The notes under the pieces were generated by a model that saw nothing but the letters and a program-made list of their open reading frames with translations, did no database searches and was not told the origin of the DNA. Source: a virus (Duplodnaviria; Heunggongvirae; Uroviricota; Caudoviricetes). From it: a stretch of 16,278 nucleotides of DNA. The stretch lies in the IMG/VR virus record IMGVR_UViG_2563366911_000006. The stretch is one strand, 5' to 3'. This document shows positions 14,290 to 16,278 of this stretch, piece by piece; within the stretch, counting starts at the first letter, position 1, and the number at the start of each line of letters is the position of its first letter. A program made the position numbers and the translations under genes.

Positions 14290-16278
14290 GTGTTCCTAAT
14301 ATCTGACCTTAGCGACTTGCGTGCACTTTCGGAATCCGCAGAGCTAGAGTTCAAGCTAGCTCAAGGGAAAGACGGACAAGGTAAATTACCTGATGATTTC
14401 TGGCCAACCTATAGTGCTATGGCAAACTGCCGTGGTGGGTATGTGGTTTTAGGTATTAGAGAGAAAAAAGGGGAATTTTCCGTTGCGGGTATCTCAGATA
14501 TAAATACCGTTAAAAAGCAGCTTTTCGACCTCGTGAGCAACAAGAAAAAAGTTAACGTTAATCTTCTTACCAATAACTCTGTCCAAACAGTATCCTTACA
14601 GGGAAAGGATATTCTTGTCATTGAAATACCAATCGCACGACGAGAACAGAAACCTGTTTATTTGAATAATCAACCCATGTCAGAAACATGGTTTCGTATG
14701 CACGACGGTGATCATCGTTGTTCAGAAGAACAAGTTCGTCGCATGATGGCCGAACAGGTTGAAGAAAGCCGCGACAACCGTATCGTACAAAACTTCGACA
14801 TGAACGATATTAACCTAGAAAGCTTGTTGGCTTACAGAAATCTACTATCTGCTTCAAACCCGACACATCCAGCTCTCGAACTAGATAACTTTGCTTTCCT
14901 ACGAAGTATTGGGGGATATAGAAAAGACCGGCAAACAGGTTTGGAAGGCATGACCTTAGCTGGCATTCTCATGTTTGGAACATGGGAAGCGATACAAGAT
15001 GTAGCCCCAAATTATTTTGTGGATTACCAAGAACGCCCTGAAGCAAGAACTGAAAGAAGATGGGTAGATAGACTATGTCCCGATGGGACTTGGTCAGGTA
15101 ACGTGTTTGACTTTTACAGACGAACCTATCGAAAACTAATTGCTGACTTAAAAGTCCCTTTTGAGCTTAAAGAAGGTATCCGACAGGACGATACTCAGAT
15201 ACACACAGCATTGCGTGAAGCGCTGGTAAATACCTTAGTTCATGCCGATTATACTGGACGAATCTCCATCATGGTTGTGAAACGACCAGATCTATTTGGC
15301 TTCCGTAATCCAGGTTTGATGCGCGTGCCACCAGAACAAGCAATCAAAGGATATGAAAGCGATTGTCGAAACCGACTGATGCATCAAATGTTTTTAATTA
15401 TTGGTGCTGGTGAACGATCAGGCTCAGGGATCCCTAAAATATTTAGTGGCTGGAAATGGGCTAACTGGCGTATGCCAAGGCTATATGAAAAAACAGAACC
15501 AGAACAAACACTTTTGGAGCTATCTATTGGCAACCTCGTATCAGAAGAAATTGCCAATCTTCTCCATACAAAATTTGGCGACAAAGTAGACCATCTCAGT
15601 GAGCTTGAGCGCAGTATTGTTATAACTGCAGCCGTAGAAAAGTGGATTGACCATGAACGGGCTTGTCAACTAACTAGCCTTCACTCTCGTGAGGTAACTT
15701 TAGCCTTACCCCGCCTTGTAAGCGGCGGATTCTTAGTCCCTCATGGTGAGAAGAGGAATAAATCATATACATTACCGGGGCAGGATCTTCCATCTCCAGA
15801 GGAAGTTTTTGGTGTAAATCCGTTATCAACAGACAACTCATTCGCAAACGAAGCTCAAATCATCACGGATAGCGATAATTTGATCACGGATAACGAAGAA
15901 TTGATCACGGATAACGAAAAAGAACGAGATGCTTTAGGTCGTTTTATAACCGAGAAACTACCTTTTCCTTATGTGGATAACCTTGAGTGCCTTTCACCAA
16001 CCTTAAGGCAACGGTTAGAAGACATATCTGCATTAGCCAGAGAAAAGAAACGACTTTCCAACGAAACCATGGACGAAATCATACTTAAGCTTTGCTCAGG
16101 CCATTATATGCCGCTTAGTGTTATTGCAAAGTTAATGGCCCGAACACCACAGAACCTACGAGAAAAACAGCTCGTTCCATTAGTAAGATCCGGAAAAATA
16201 AGACTGGCATTTCCTCATGCGAGAAGACACAAACGACAGGGATATATTTCTTGTGAACAAGTACAAGTTAACAACTAA
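14290..16278 (+). CDS. Schlafen/AlbA_2-domain protein with GHKL-like ATPase-type region (COG2865-like) and extended C-terminus
   Basis: 662 aa, GTG start with GGAGG upstream. N-terminal SESAELEFK signature; LAGILMFG segment; LREALVNTLVHADY...FRNPG...ERSGSGIPKIF matching the HATPase_c_4-like core of COG2865 proteins; C-terminal HTH-like segments. Family call from memory of motifs. Ends exactly at the window end. Confidence 0.8.
   Translation: MFLISDLSDLRALSESAELEFKLAQGKDGQGKLPDDFWPTYSAMANCRGGYVVLGIREKKGEFSVAGISDINTVKKQLFDLVSNKKKVNVNLLTNNSVQTVSLQGKDILVIEIPIARREQKPVYLNNQPMSETWFRMHDGDHRCSEEQVRRMMAEQVEESRDNRIVQNFDMNDINLESLLAYRNLLSASNPTHPALELDNFAFLRSIGGYRKDRQTGLEGMTLAGILMFGTWEAIQDVAPNYFVDYQERPEARTERRWVDRLCPDGTWSGNVFDFYRRTYRKLIADLKVPFELKEGIRQDDTQIHTALREALVNTLVHADYTGRISIMVVKRPDLFGFRNPGLMRVPPEQAIKGYESDCRNRLMHQMFLIIGAGERSGSGIPKIFSGWKWANWRMPRLYEKTEPEQTLLELSIGNLVSEEIANLLHTKFGDKVDHLSELERSIVITAAVEKWIDHERACQLTSLHSREVTLALPRLVSGGFLVPHGEKRNKSYTLPGQDLPSPEEVFGVNPLSTDNSFANEAQIITDSDNLITDNEELITDNEKERDALGRFITEKLPFPYVDNLECLSPTLRQRLEDISALAREKKRLSNETMDEIILKLCSGHYMPLSVIAKLMARTPQNLREKQLVPLVRSGKIRLAFPHARRHKRQGYISCEQVQVNN

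Noticed and set aside
14409-15589. ORFs inside the Schlafen-like gene (14409-14621 -, 15384-15584 -, 15401-15589 +)
   Set aside because: Embedded in a 662-aa CDS with recognisable domain motifs. Translations are low-complexity.

Overview
The window appears to be most of a phage-satellite-type integrative island (P4-like / PICI-like), read left to right from the first codon of its integrase. Calls rest on reading the six-frame translations and the DNA by eye; no database search was possible. Order: P4-type tyrosine integrase (1-1254); a very AT-rich orphan gene (1311-2093); AlpA-family regulator; antirepressor-like protein; a divergent ribbon-helix-helix regulator with an operator-rich control region; a translationally coupled operon of six small genes ending in a P4 alpha-type primase/helicase (6121-7926); an iteron-type replication origin (7954-8289); a complete 1329-bp IS10 with perfect 9-bp target duplication (8311-9639) inserted directly in front of a ProQ/FinO-like gene; a PerC-like regulator; a repeat-containing lipoprotein plus a small 3-TM membrane protein; a small overlapping gene pair; an N-terminal HTH protein followed by a dense repeat array (13465-13733); and a 662-aa Schlafen/AlbA_2-type ATPase-like protein (14290-16278). 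No capsid, tail or lysis genes, tRNA or CRISPR array were seen. The best candidates for an undescribed accessory or defence function are the AT-rich gene beside int, the lipoprotein/membrane-protein pair, the HTH protein with its repeat array, and the Schlafen-like protein. The right island boundary (attR) cannot be placed without the flanking tRNA.
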